This document shows, piece after piece, positions 1 to 10,374 of a stretch of 64,000 nt of DNA (position 1 is its first letter; every line of letters starts with the position of its first letter). Both the position numbers and the translations under genes were made by a program. The stretch comes from Leptolyngbyaceae cyanobacterium. Lineage in GTDB: Bacteria; Cyanobacteriota; Cyanobacteriia; Phormidesmidales; Phormidesmidaceae. The stretch is from assembly GCA_965263355.1 (NCBI GenBank), contig CBDHHL010000032.1, positions 2,208,001 through 2,272,000 of the forward strand. The letters are read 5' to 3'. Under the pieces are notes generated by a model, which saw only the letters and a list, made by a program, of their open reading frames with translations, made no database searches and was not told the DNA's origin.

Positions 1-679
1 TCTGACCTAGATCACGATAGCCCAGGGCAATTCCCCGATAGGCTAAGTAGTCAGGATTACCATATTCCGACAGCCGCTCGATCGCCTTTTCTGGATCGGA
101 AAATGGCAAGTTAACCGCCAGCATCAAATCCATATACCCTTTGATCAGATTTAGTTCTGGATCAGTGCTGTCAAGCTTTTCGGCTGCCCCAATATGACTA
201 AATACCTGTTGCAACATGGCCAAGGCAGCCGGAGTGCTACGGGCCACACCCTGGGTACTCATCATATGGGCCCCTTGCATAAAAATACCCACCGCAGAAT
301 AGATATGTCCCCGCAGTGGATCGGTTTCAAGTAACGCCTCAGCCGTGGAGCGGGTCAATTCAACCTCTGCCTCTAGGGCGTCCCAATCTTCATCTAGATA
401 AGCAATGGACGCCGCCATACTATGAACCAACGGTTCATCTGCTTCAGTCTCCTTTGCCAATGTCAACGCCTCACGGGTGCCCACATAGTCTGCATCGCGG
501 AAAAAGGCTTCAAATGCCGTTTCGGTATGGGGTCCGATATTGTGGTCATCCCCTGAGCGGAACGGATCACCCGCCAACGCCGGGGACGCCGCAACTGTCA
601 ATGTAGCTGCCGCTAGTACCCCGAATAATTTTAGATAGCGGCTTGGGCGGATAAAAGAATTTAAAGCTCGAAACGTCAT
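1..679 (-). CDS. Sll0314/Alr1548-family TPR protein, secreted (3' end outside window)
   Basis: Not in the ORF track. Manual translation from ATG at 679 gives MTFRALNSF...AASPALAGDPFRSG...TETAFEAFFRDADY, a signal peptide followed by the AGDPFR motif I recall for this family. Confidence 0.75.
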   Translation of the reverse strand, partial: MTFRALNSFIRPSRYLKLFGVLAAATLTVAASPALAGDPFRSGDDHNIGPHTETAFEAFFRDADYVGTREALTLAKETEADEPLVHSMAASIAYLDEDWDALEAEVELTRSTAEALLETDPLRGHIYSAVGIFMQGAHMMSTQGVARSTPAALAMLQQVFSHIGAAEKLDSTDPELNLIKGYMDLMLAVNLPFSDPEKAIERLSEYGNPDYLAYRGIALGYRDLGQ

Positions 680-783
680 AATGCCTATCTTGATGAAGTG
701 AGCGCTAATGAGTATAGCGATATAGATAAAAAACCAGGGGTGATCTATGAAACTCTCTGAGCTGTCATAGTTTGAACATCATC

Positions 784-2391
784 CTAAGTTTGTGGTTTAG
801 CGGGTACACATTGATATTGTTGTTGACGAGTACCTTCTGTATTAATGCGTTTACCAACCAAAAAACAGTTGTGCTGAGGCAGCTGAACAGTTGTGGGAAA
901 AGGAGCTTGGCGTTTTGGTTCTACCAACCAAAGCACCAGAGCCTCGGCGGGAGTACTCTGGCTTAGGTCGGGTCGCCAGGACTGCACATCCGCTGGTTCT
1001 GTAAATGCCACTTGCGTGTTTGTATTGGGGGGCATTGCTAGGACATAGCTCAGGGCACGGGCACGATAGCTATCTTGCTGGGGGGCAATCAGGACAATTT
1101 TGGGGTCGGGATCGGCTACTAAACGACGTCCAATCTGACCGGGTAAATAGGGCTTAAGTAATGCAATATCATAGCTGATCAAGAGCTGGCTAAAAATACC
1201 GGCTGCGATCGCCACGCCCATTACCCAATTCCGCCGTCGGGCCAACGCCTGCGCTGCCAACACCGTCACCGCTGGATAGAGCATAAAAAAGTAGCGTGGT
1301 GCCAGGGTGAGATCTTTGCCCAAACCATAGGTGATGGACATCATTACCCCAAATATAACCAGGCTATAGCTAACCATGGGCGACCACAAATCTAGCAGCC
1401 CCTCTCCACGCCAGCCTTGAATAACCTGGTTTAAGACAATGCCAAAAACCATCAGCATAATCAACGCTGATGAAATGCTCACCCATTGTGGCACCTGCTC
1501 CACCGGTAGCAAAATCAGCATAAACACCCCTGCTACTAGGGACTGTAGCCAGGGCATGAGGAGCGTTTGCCAGATCGGGGCCGACTGACTCAGCCAGCTA
1601 GTGCCCCCTTCACTATAAAAATGGGTCAATGCGTTGGATAGCCAGGGCAGATAGAGTAAACCTGTCGCCCCCATGGCCAATAACCAGGGTAATGCTTGGG
1701 GCCGTCGATCGCGTCGCCAAAGAATCCGGCTAATGGTAACTAACCACTGGGCGATAATACTAAAGCCATAGAAGTAATGGACGTAAATTCCTAGAGTATT
1801 CAAGCCGATCCAGCCGATCCAGTGCCGGGGCGCTCGGTCATCCTGCAGTAAGGCGATCCAATTAACCAGGGCAAATGATGCGATCGCAACCGCTAAACTA
1901 TAGTGTCGTGCTTCCTGGGACAAGTAAATGCCATAGGGAGATACGGCCATCAACAAGGCCGCCAACCTGCCCACACGCTCACCACCAACACGGCGTCCCA
2001 GATAGAATACACCAGCGACAGCTACGACTCCCCACAGCACCGCAAATGCCCGCAGGCTCCAAATCGAGGTGCCCAACCCTTGCAACCAGCCACTCATCAT
2101 CATAAAGAACAGCGGCGGGTGATTGCTGTAGGTCGTCACCGTTTGAGCGGCCTGTTCAGGAGAGCTGGCCCCTACCAGCAGTGCCCGGTAGTCTTCAGGG
2201 GGGAGCAAGGTGTCCATGGGAATCTCATTTAGAGTCTTCCCAAGGCTATAAAATGCAGTGTAAAGTTCGTCTACCCAGAGGGGTTTGGCCCCTAGACGCC
2301 ACAGCCGTAACAGCGCCGCCAATAGCAAAATCAGCGGCAGGTGCAGTTGTTGAGGGTTACGCGTCAGCTTAGGCAAGGGATACTCTCGCAA
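784..2391 (-). CDS. Glycosyltransferase family 39 (PMT-like) membrane protein
   Basis: LWVDE, NHPPLFF and SQEARHYSL motifs; many TM segments. Confidence 0.85.
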   Translation of the reverse strand: MREYPLPKLTRNPQQLHLPLILLLAALLRLWRLGAKPLWVDELYTAFYSLGKTLNEIPMDTLLPPEDYRALLVGASSPEQAAQTVTTYSNHPPLFFMMMSGWLQGLGTSIWSLRAFAVLWGVVAVAGVFYLGRRVGGERVGRLAALLMAVSPYGIYLSQEARHYSLAVAIASFALVNWIALLQDDRAPRHWIGWIGLNTLGIYVHYFYGFSIIAQWLVTISRILWRRDRRPQALPWLLAMGATGLLYLPWLSNALTHFYSEGGTSWLSQSAPIWQTLLMPWLQSLVAGVFMLILLPVEQVPQWVSISSALIMLMVFGIVLNQVIQGWRGEGLLDLWSPMVSYSLVIFGVMMSITYGLGKDLTLAPRYFFMLYPAVTVLAAQALARRRNWVMGVAIAAGIFSQLLISYDIALLKPYLPGQIGRRLVADPDPKIVLIAPQQDSYRARALSYVLAMPPNTNTQVAFTEPADVQSWRPDLSQSTPAEALVLWLVEPKRQAPFPTTVQLPQHNCFLVGKRINTEGTRQQQYQCVPAKPQT

Positions 2392-2436
2392 AGACTGCCT
2401 TCAGCATAGTAACGGATTAACGTGGATTAAATAGCG

Positions 2437-2802
2437 TTAAGAACGACATCTAATCAGGGTTATCGACACTTTTCCGTCAAAATTAGGCACGGGAGCCGTC
2501 AGTTTGGTAACTGTCACTTGAACTTTTTCCAAACGGCTGTCATTAGCTAAGGCTTGAGTTGCGATCGCATCACCTAAACACTCAATCAATTTAAATTTCT
2601 CTGTCTGGATAATCCGTTGGGTTTGCTGAATAATATCTGCATAGTTATGGGTATCTGACAATTTATCAGATTTGCCCGCTACCGATAAATCGAGCCACAG
2701 CGTCAGATCCACCTCAAACCACTGCCCTAACACATTCTCTTCCGGCAGTACTCCAATATAACCATAGGCTCGAATGCCTGAAACCGTAATATAATCCGTC
2801 AT
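2437..2802 (-). CDS. folB: Dihydroneopterin aldolase
   Basis: YGYIGVLPEENVLGQWFEVD, NYADI and LIE motifs; 121 aa. Confidence 0.95.
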   Translation of the reverse strand: MTDYITVSGIRAYGYIGVLPEENVLGQWFEVDLTLWLDLSVAGKSDKLSDTHNYADIIQQTQRIIQTEKFKLIECLGDAIATQALANDSRLEKVQVTVTKLTAPVPNFDGKVSITLIRCRS

Positions 2803-3012
2803 AGAATTTTGAATATTATTATATAAAGTTTTTACCTGATCACGATGACTAGAGAACTTTGCTACAACAAGCTAATGCATCGTCAAAGCTAAAAATTCGG
2901 GTTGGTTACTGATGAAGAGTGGAGAGTAAAGCGTGACTCTTCATCCCTTTAGACTCTTTACTCTTTACCCGTCTTACCCAAAATCTTAAGGCTTGACAGA
3001 ACACTAGCCTAA

Positions 3013-3876
3013 TCATAGTTTCTCAATTTCATCTGCATTTAGCCCAGTAGACTGAACAATATCTTTAACAGAAAGACCGAGGACTTTCAGCCGTTGAGCA
3101 ATCTGTTGCCGTTCTTCCTCCCGCCCCCGCGTTTCTGCTTTATCTTCTGCTTCTTCAATTAATGTTTGGGTTACATTAAAATTGTCACGATAAACTTTAA
3201 GACTCTCTTGATAAAGTGCCTGCTCTGTTTCTGAAAAGTTAGCAATTTTAGCGACTTCAAATAGCTGTTTAAATACGCCTTCCTGTAAGTTTTGAGGAGG
3301 TGTTTCGAGCTGAGCTAAATGTCGTAACAAAAACAACCACTTGTCTGTATGAGAATCAAGTTCTGTCAGGCTTTTCTTAAACTTGGGTAACTCGATGTAG
3401 ATAAATTTAAGCTTGTCATAGAACACGTCGCAGTGCTGATCTTTTAACTCCACTGTGTGGATCAGCGTTTCCTCATGCTTGTGTTCATCAAACGTGAAGT
3501 CCAGTACACCCACGGTATATACAGCAGTTAATTTATAATTCCATGGTCCTGTACAGGCCTGTTCTTGAATAGGAAATGTAGAGTAATAAACACTTCTATC
3601 TTTGAAAAATTTTTGCTTAGCTTTCTGGATTTCGACAATAAATCGTTCTCCGCTGTCCGTCTGACAATAGATATCAAAAATAGCTCTACGATCTGCCCAG
3701 GTTCTACCAATAGTTTCTGGATTTTTGAAGGTAACATCCTGAATATGGTGATAATCAGGCAGTAGGGTGTTAAGAAAGTCAATTAATAGTGCCTTGTGGG
3801 GTTCAGTGCCGAATAGACGTTTAAAGCCAAAGTCAGTGAGCGGATCTATGTACTTGTCGGGCAACAGGAAGACCAT
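3013..3876 (-). CDS. Rpn-family recombination-promoting nuclease (PD-(D/E)XK_2)
   Basis: DPLTDFGFKRLFG, FDIYC...FIVEIQ, YIELPKF and the typical C-terminal GREEE...IAQRLK tail. Confidence 0.9.
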   Translation of the reverse strand: MVFLLPDKYIDPLTDFGFKRLFGTEPHKALLIDFLNTLLPDYHHIQDVTFKNPETIGRTWADRRAIFDIYCQTDSGERFIVEIQKAKQKFFKDRSVYYSTFPIQEQACTGPWNYKLTAVYTVGVLDFTFDEHKHEETLIHTVELKDQHCDVFYDKLKFIYIELPKFKKSLTELDSHTDKWLFLLRHLAQLETPPQNLQEGVFKQLFEVAKIANFSETEQALYQESLKVYRDNFNVTQTLIEEAEDKAETRGREEERQQIAQRLKVLGLSVKDIVQSTGLNADEIEKL

Positions 3877-3989
3877 AGTTTATAACTGGTACATATGTTT
3901 TGAGTATAGTCCAATTTCTGAAGTGTACCGATTCTAGATTAAAGCGCCTTAACATCCACTCCTTGTGTGCGATTTCGTCAATGTCTGCT

Positions 3990-4490
3990 CTATAGCGCTC
4001 TTAGAAACTCCTTGAGTGGGTCAAGACAGGGATGATTCCAGTTCCAATAGTCCTGATTCATGGCGTAACCAACTCGCTGCTTCAGCTCGGGTCTGGATGC
4101 TAAGAAAGCAGTTACTTTTGCTTTAGCAAAATTTCTAGGGAGTTGGATCCCCTGACGGCTCAAGCATTGAAAATACTGCTCAACACAGACAATGACAGCA
4201 TCTGTTTCAAGCATGTTCAAACACAGGTCTTCTTGAACGGACTCAAAAGCAGCAGATGCATTTTGTTCTGCATCTCTGATAACTCCAATTGATTGAATGT
4301 CTAACTGTCGAAAATCGGGCTGATTAACCAAACCTTTTATGAAAGGCCGAAAATTCTCCACGTTGCGAAAGTCTAAAATTTGAAAGCCGTCTACTTCAGA
4401 AGCCTTCAAAAGAGCTTTTATAAATGCTTCTGTGTCTTTACCTTCTACCAATAACAACTTTGTGGCTAGAATCCTCTGTGATAAGGGCAT
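3990..4490 (-). CDS. DUF3226-like (TOPRIM-related) protein, possibly internally deleted
   Basis: LLLVEGKD, IGVIRDAE, EDLCL and KAKV...W motifs; start overlaps the upstream ATPase stop. Confidence 0.7.
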   Translation of the reverse strand: MPLSQRILATKLLLVEGKDTEAFIKALLKASEVDGFQILDFRNVENFRPFIKGLVNQPDFRQLDIQSIGVIRDAEQNASAAFESVQEDLCLNMLETDAVIVCVEQYFQCLSRQGIQLPRNFAKAKVTAFLASRPELKQRVGYAMNQDYWNWNHPCLDPLKEFLRAL

Positions 4491-5569
4491 TAGCGCACCT
4501 CAAAGAACGCTTGAACAGCACCTTCTAAGGCTTCTTGATCATATGTAACGGGTTTAAACTCGTCTTTAATGCGATCAATGCGATGTAGGCGAAAATCATA
4601 ATGTCTACTTTCAGAAAAAGTAGCATGAGCAGCTTCAATGCACTCATAGCTGTGAGTTGTTGAAATCACTTGCACATTAAACTGATGAGCAGCATCACTA
4701 ATCACTTTCCAAACATTTGAAAGAACAGAATGATGTAACCCATTTTCGATTTCATCAATCAAAACTAATCTATCTTTATTAGTTGTCAGAGTTAGTAGGA
4801 TGGATACTAAGCGATTTAACCCTTCGCCCATTAAAGACAGGGGTATAAGTCGTGGTAAGCCAATATCTCCATATAAGGTTGGAAGCCCATCTACTACGAT
4901 AGTTCTGATTCGTTTTAGCCGTGGTTCTATCAGCTTTAAACTCTCAACTAAGCCATAATCACTATTTATTAGCTCTAATTGTCCAAACATTTCGGCCTGG
5001 ATCCTGCTACTTTGACGCTCATTAGCTAAAATAATAGACACAACAATAGGTGGAGCCCCTAATTCTGCTGATGTTCCCTTAAGCTTGGTACTATTACCTT
5101 CAATCCAAAACTCGTTTTCTATTGGTTGTCCTTCAGGCGGAACATAGCGTAGCTTTAGGATCTGACTCAAATTCGATGTGATTGCCCCTAATCCAGCTTC
5201 GTATTTTTCATGGTTGATAACGATTGTATTAGGAATCGCTCGATTGCTTTGAATATCAAGAGTGTGTGACTCTGATGTATTGATAGAACCTTTGATATGG
5301 ATAGTTTTCCTTTCATCAAAGTCTTTAAAGAGAGGAGCTAACAACAGTTCCTGAGCAATGTCTGAAGTAACTTTTTCAAGTGGACTACGCCTGCTAATGA
5401 GATAGGTCAATCCTGCTGGATTTGAACCTGCAGCCCATATGCCAATCGCCTCTAAGAAAGCAGTTTTCCCTACGTTGTTTTTACCTGCGATCAAATTAAC
5501 ACGACTAAGCCCATCGACCTTAAGCTGGTCGAAACAGCGAAAGTTCTCAATTTGAATCGAGGTTAGCAT
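4490..5569 (-). CDS. AAA_15/AAA_21 ABC-type ATPase
   Basis: IENFRCF, Walker A GKNNVGKT, signature MGEG, Walker B LIDEIENGLH, TTHS. Confidence 0.9.
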   Translation of the reverse strand: MLTSIQIENFRCFDQLKVDGLSRVNLIAGKNNVGKTAFLEAIGIWAAGSNPAGLTYLISRRSPLEKVTSDIAQELLLAPLFKDFDERKTIHIKGSINTSESHTLDIQSNRAIPNTIVINHEKYEAGLGAITSNLSQILKLRYVPPEGQPIENEFWIEGNSTKLKGTSAELGAPPIVVSIILANERQSSRIQAEMFGQLELINSDYGLVESLKLIEPRLKRIRTIVVDGLPTLYGDIGLPRLIPLSLMGEGLNRLVSILLTLTTNKDRLVLIDEIENGLHHSVLSNVWKVISDAAHQFNVQVISTTHSYECIEAAHATFSESRHYDFRLHRIDRIKDEFKPVTYDQEALEGAVQAFFEVR

Positions 5570-5608
5570 GGGCTATCTGGGGAATTGCTTACGCTTAAAC
5601 TAACGCAT

Positions 5609-6922
5609 TTAGACCAAATCGCGATGGGCAAATGGTTTGGCATTCTCGCCAGAATAGGTGGCAACAATGTGACCATTGCCCACTACCTGATATTTGTAGG
5701 TGACTAAGCCCTCCAACCCTACCGGGCCGCGAGGAGGCATTTTCTGGGTGCTGATGCCCACTTCTGCACCAAAGCCATAGCGGAAGCCATCGGCAAAGCG
5801 GGTGGAACAGTTGTGGTAAACGCCAGCGGCATCTACCTGGGCCATAAAGTGATCGGCAGTCGTCTGGTCTTCAGTTGAGATCGCATCCGTATGCCGAGAC
5901 CCATAGATATTAATATGGTCAATTGCCGCATCCACCGAATCCACCACCCGAATTGCCAAAATCAAATCACTATACTCAGTGGACCAGTCACCCTCGGTTG
6001 CCGCCTGAATATCGCCTAGCACCTGCCGTGTAGTATCATCACCCAGCAGCTTTACCCCTTCTTGTTGCAATGCCTCAGCCAAAACCGGTAGGGCCTGAGG
6101 CGCAATGTCTTTATGTACTAAAAGGGTTTCAATGGCATTACAAGCCGATGGATAACCAATCTTAGCATCCACTGCAATTTTGGCAGTTTTCTCCAAGTCA
6201 GCTGCCACATCTACATACAGATGACAAATACCATCCGCATGGCCCAGCACCGGAATTCGGGTATTTTCCTGGACAAAGCGTACAAACGCATTAGAGCCCC
6301 GAGGAATAATCAGGTCCACATAGCTATCAAGTGCCAACAGTGCCCTGGTCTCCTCCCGTGTGGTCAACAGCTGCACGGCATTGGGGTCTACTCCCGCATT
6401 GGTCAGCCCCTGACGAATCGCTTTGACTAATGCCTGACAGGAGCGTACGGCTTCCTTACCCCCTTTGAGGATGACCCCGTTACCAGACTTCACCGCCAAG
6501 GTGGAAATCTGCATTACTGCATCGGGACGAGACTCAAAAATAATCCCCAATACTCCCAATGGGCAGGCAATGCGCTTAAGCACTAGACCATCATCCAATT
6601 CTCGATGAATCTGGACCGCACCAGCTGGGTCGGGTAGCTTAGCCACATCGCGCACCCCCTTGATGGCACCCTTTAGCTTGATAGCATCTAGTTTTAGCCG
6701 TCCGTAGAGGGGCTTGGCCAGGTTATCGTCTAACGCGGCTTTGAGGTCGGCTTCATTGGCCGCTGTAATATCCGCTGCTGCTGTTTCTAGCGCCTGGGCA
6801 ATGGCCTCGATGGCGTCGTTTTTTTGCTGGGTGGATAGACTGGCCAGGGTGCGGGCTGCTTGACGGGTATGGGTTGCGATCGCAACCAAAGAGTTCTCAA
6901 CAGCAGCCGAAGATACAGACAT
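5609..6922 (-). CDS. proA: Glutamate-5-semialdehyde dehydrogenase
   Basis: [23 protein letters not shown] and [31 protein letters not shown]. Confidence 0.97.
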   Translation of the reverse strand: MSVSSAAVENSLVAIATHTRQAARTLASLSTQQKNDAIEAIAQALETAAADITAANEADLKAALDDNLAKPLYGRLKLDAIKLKGAIKGVRDVAKLPDPAGAVQIHRELDDGLVLKRIACPLGVLGIIFESRPDAVMQISTLAVKSGNGVILKGGKEAVRSCQALVKAIRQGLTNAGVDPNAVQLLTTREETRALLALDSYVDLIIPRGSNAFVRFVQENTRIPVLGHADGICHLYVDVAADLEKTAKIAVDAKIGYPSACNAIETLLVHKDIAPQALPVLAEALQQEGVKLLGDDTTRQVLGDIQAATEGDWSTEYSDLILAIRVVDSVDAAIDHINIYGSRHTDAISTEDQTTADHFMAQVDAAGVYHNCSTRFADGFRYGFGAEVGISTQKMPPRGPVGLEGLVTYKYQVVGNGHIVATYSGENAKPFAHRDLV

Positions 6923-7079
6923 GGGGTTCCGTGAATGTTAATCAATTATCTAGTTTATCCAGAATAAAGCTTTCAGGACCTTTAACAGCCTCTTGACTTA
7001 AAAGCGAGTTTTTCAAGATTAGATGGTGAGTAGAACGTAAAAAGTAGAGAGCACGCTTCCCCTCTTTATCCCTTCCCTT

Positions 7080-7904
7080 TTACCTCTTCGCTTCTTTCCC
7101 CTCCGCAATTTTCCGCTTTGCCCGTTGCCAAAGTGCCTCCAGTTCCTCAATGCTGTGATCATCTAACGGCTTTTCCGCCGCCTGCTCCAGTAAGCCAAAC
7201 CGTTGCACAAAGCGACGATTTGTCCCTTGTAGAGCCGCCACCGGGTCAATATCGCACCAGCGAGCCACCTGCATCAGACTAAACAATACATCGCCAAACT
7301 CAGCTGCCTGATTCTCAGCACTTTCATGGGCCAGTGCATGACGAAATTCCCCCAGTTCTTCCTCCACTTTTTCCCACACGCTATCCAGGGTTTCCCACTC
7401 AAACCCAGCCTTGGCCGCCTTTTTAGAAATTTTCATCGTTGCAGCCATGGGCGGCAGTGTGCGTCCATAGCTGGCCAGCTTCTCTGTCAGCGTATTCTCT
7501 GTATTGCCTTTCTCTGCGGCCTTAATGGCTTCCCAACTTACCTTCACCTCTTCAGGCGTAGAGGCCTGACTATCCCCAAACACATGGGGATGACGGCGAA
7601 TTAGCTTTTCCGCAATGCCTTGGGCCACGTCCCCTAGGTCAAACCCATCTGCTTCACTAAAAATCTGCGATTGCAGCACCACCTGCAGCAGTAGGTCTCC
7701 TAGCTCTTCAGCAATATGGTCACGGTCACCCTGCTGAATGGCATCGACCACTTCATAGGCTTCTTCAAGCACATAGGGAGTCAAACTTTCAGGCGTTTGG
7801 GCCAAATCCCATGGGCAGCCACCGTCCGGGTTACGCAGCTGAGCAACGACATCAATCAGCCGCTGGAGGGCATCCAATGTTTTAGATTGCAGATGTTTGG
7901 TCAT
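7080..7904 (-). CDS. mazG: Nucleoside triphosphate pyrophosphohydrolase
   Basis: LRNPDGGCPWD, EEAYE, EELGDLLLQV, KLIRRHPHVF; two MazG domains. Confidence 0.95.
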   Translation of the reverse strand: MTKHLQSKTLDALQRLIDVVAQLRNPDGGCPWDLAQTPESLTPYVLEEAYEVVDAIQQGDRDHIAEELGDLLLQVVLQSQIFSEADGFDLGDVAQGIAEKLIRRHPHVFGDSQASTPEEVKVSWEAIKAAEKGNTENTLTEKLASYGRTLPPMAATMKISKKAAKAGFEWETLDSVWEKVEEELGEFRHALAHESAENQAAEFGDVLFSLMQVARWCDIDPVAALQGTNRRFVQRFGLLEQAAEKPLDDHSIEELEALWQRAKRKIAEGKEAKR

Positions 7905-8164
7905 GGATTTAGCAATAGAGGCAGGATTTGATTAAGCTCAGCTTATCTTTATACGATGGCCTTGATTGCGATGTTTTTTGTGAGTGCTGACGCTATCCAA
8001 TCGTTGGCATAGTGACTCAGCGTCCTCAGTTTTAGACCAGCCAACAATGAATGACTGCTATAAATTAAGCGCGCAAGGCTACAAATTCCAGTTTCTTTGA
8101 AAAAAAGTCGCCGTTAGGGGCCGTCATCTGTTACTATTTACTCCTGTGCAAACGCACAGTAAAC

Positions 8165-8237
<73 letters not shown>

Positions 8238-8368
8238 TCAAGGAAAGCCAAGCCTTAAGCCAGTTGCAGCGGTTTCTTTAGGAAGCTGCCGAACTGACTC
8301 AGCTAGTCTGAACTAGAATAAACTGACTAATTTTTAGATCAAAATTAGATCAGGAATTTGAGTTCTAC

Positions 8369-9496
8369 ATGGGGCGTAAATCACTCACAATCGAAGCCAT
8401 CAATGCCAGGTTGGAAACAGCTCAGCTGGGGCTAAAGATCTACCAGCGTGGCGAAAAGCTATCCATTCGGGGTACGTTGCCCCCCAAACCCAGTAGTAAG
8501 CGTACGAAACCCCATCAGCAGCTGATTAGTCTGGGGGTGTATGCCAATCCAGCGGGTCTGGAGTATGCCGAATCAGAAGCCTTTCGCCTGGGAGGGTTAC
8601 TGGCCCAAAAGCGTTTTAGCTGGGAGGTCGTTAGCCCAGACCCAGACCAGATTCCAGCTCAGGATCCTGAGGAAAGCTGCCAGGTGTGGATAGAACGCTT
8701 TCGGCAAGACTGGTTAAAGCATCAGGATGGCGATGAGGCAGTCGTTGAGCTGAAATGGCGCGAGCAGTTTTGGTATCCCGCCTTTAAGTGGCTATCCCCT
8801 AACGCCGCCCTCACGCCCTATTTATTAGAAAGTGTTGTGCAGCGGTGGAAGCCTAACAGTCGCAGTCGTCAAATTGCCTGCCAAAAATTGCAACGACTGG
8901 CAGACTTTGCCAACGTTAAATCAGATATTAAGGCTTACCAGGGCGACTATAGCCTCAGTAATGTAGAGCGGATTATTCCAGACGATCCTGATATTGTTAC
9001 GGCCATTGACAGTATGAAAAATAAGTCCTGGCAGTGGGTTGCCGGGATGATGGCCACCTATAATTTGAGGGACCATGAAGCCTTTCTGTGTGAGGTGGAG
9101 TGGCGAAAATACGACGGTGAACAATGGCTGGTGGCCTTGGTCCCCGATGCGACTAAGACGGGCAAGCGAGAAACATTTCCCTTACCCCCAGAATGGGTTG
9201 AACGGTGGCAATTGGACAATGTTCGTCGGCCTGACGTCACAGCGCGTATTAACAAGGATTATGGAGATCGCACCTCCACCGCATTTCAACGGGCCAAAAT
9301 GCCCTTCCCGCCCTATAGTTTGCGCCATGCCTGGAATATTCGCGCGGCTCTGTGGTTAGAACTGCCTACTGCAGTAGCGTCTCAGTTTATGGGCCACAAT
9401 CCTAATGTGAATCTGGGCACTTATCAAAAGCATATTTCTAAAGCGCGGGCGGCCCAAGCCTATTTTGAAGCGTTAAGACGCAAGCAGCGGGGATGA
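8369..9496 (+). CDS. Tyrosine recombinase / phage-type integrase
   Basis: YNLRDHE (catalytic R), TKTG, YSLRHAW, MGH...Y; 130 bp downstream of the tRNA. Confidence 0.9.
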   Translation: MGRKSLTIEAINARLETAQLGLKIYQRGEKLSIRGTLPPKPSSKRTKPHQQLISLGVYANPAGLEYAESEAFRLGGLLAQKRFSWEVVSPDPDQIPAQDPEESCQVWIERFRQDWLKHQDGDEAVVELKWREQFWYPAFKWLSPNAALTPYLLESVVQRWKPNSRSRQIACQKLQRLADFANVKSDIKAYQGDYSLSNVERIIPDDPDIVTAIDSMKNKSWQWVAGMMATYNLRDHEAFLCEVEWRKYDGEQWLVALVPDATKTGKRETFPLPPEWVERWQLDNVRRPDVTARINKDYGDRTSTAFQRAKMPFPPYSLRHAWNIRAALWLELPTAVASQFMGHNPNVNLGTYQKHISKARAAQAYFEALRRKQRG

Positions 9497-9524
9497 TCCT
9501 TCAGCTTCGCTCAGGATGTGGTGA

Positions 9525-9863
9525 TTAAGCACTGCGTAGGGGGGTGCGTTTTGCAGCTATGGTGCGATCGCGTGCCTGACATTTTTCAATATTCGCATAC
9601 CAATCAGGACGGCTAGACTGGGGAGAACGACGGTCTATGATCTCCTTGCCTGCTCGATAGTGACCAGACCTAACTTTATATAAACAGGCATCATAATTTT
9701 TGTAGCCCAACAGTTTCCACGCATCGCTGAGCTTGACCAGCTTTGCCGGTGTTTCCAGCTCAGAATTGAGGCGATTATGCAACACCTGTAGTTGTTGCTC
9801 TATATCATCCAGCCGGTGATGGAGTTGCCCAAACAATTCCTGTAGCAATTCTCCAGTATCCAT
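9525..9863 (-). CDS. Small coiled-coil plus HTH-like protein, candidate excisionase/RDF
   Basis: Probable start MDTGELL; VKLSDAWKLLGYKNYDACLYKVRSG resembles a winged HTH; convergent with the integrase. Confidence 0.5.
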   Translation of the reverse strand: MDTGELLQELFGQLHHRLDDIEQQLQVLHNRLNSELETPAKLVKLSDAWKLLGYKNYDACLYKVRSGHYRAGKEIIDRRSPQSSRPDWYANIEKCQARDRTIAAKRTPLRSA

Positions 9864-10374
9864 ATCAAATCCCCAACGGTAATAACAGGGTAAGAAACGG
9901 GGAGTATGCCAAACATGCTCAATATGCTTGGTGAACCTTGATGCCATTAATCTTAGGACACACCTATCAAGCAGAGCTGTACACATGCTGATTAGTTAAA
10001 CTTTCTTAACTCAACTGACTCCTGGACATCTTGCTTAAACCGTCTAGTTACAGAAGCTTCGATTCTATTAAATCCTTTTTCTATTAGCTTTGAGCGAAAA
10101 AATATTGAAATTACGCATTATGTCAGCATTGCTTCTGAGTGCTGAGCTGCGATTGAGGCGAAATTATCAAAAGTCAGCCCATGCCCCGCAGATAAGAGCC
10201 TTCCTCCCATAACGATCACAGGTAAAGTCTGCCACCAGATGGACGGTCTAAATACGTAGGCTAGTTGGCTGATTTTGAAAAAAATTACATCGAATCAATC
10301 TAACTGCGTTGTTTTTAGGATGAAATGGGCGAAGTGCCCATGGATACCTGTAGTGACGCTGTGAAATAAAGACC

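Noticed and set aside
7080..7904. MazG as a defence gene of the island
   Set aside because: Full two-domain housekeeping type, located outside the tRNA boundary.
8369..9496. Integron integrase IntI
   Set aside because: It resembles tRNA-targeting cyanobacterial integrases; I see no IntI-specific insertion before the HxxR-equivalent motif, and it lies 7.6 kb from the array.
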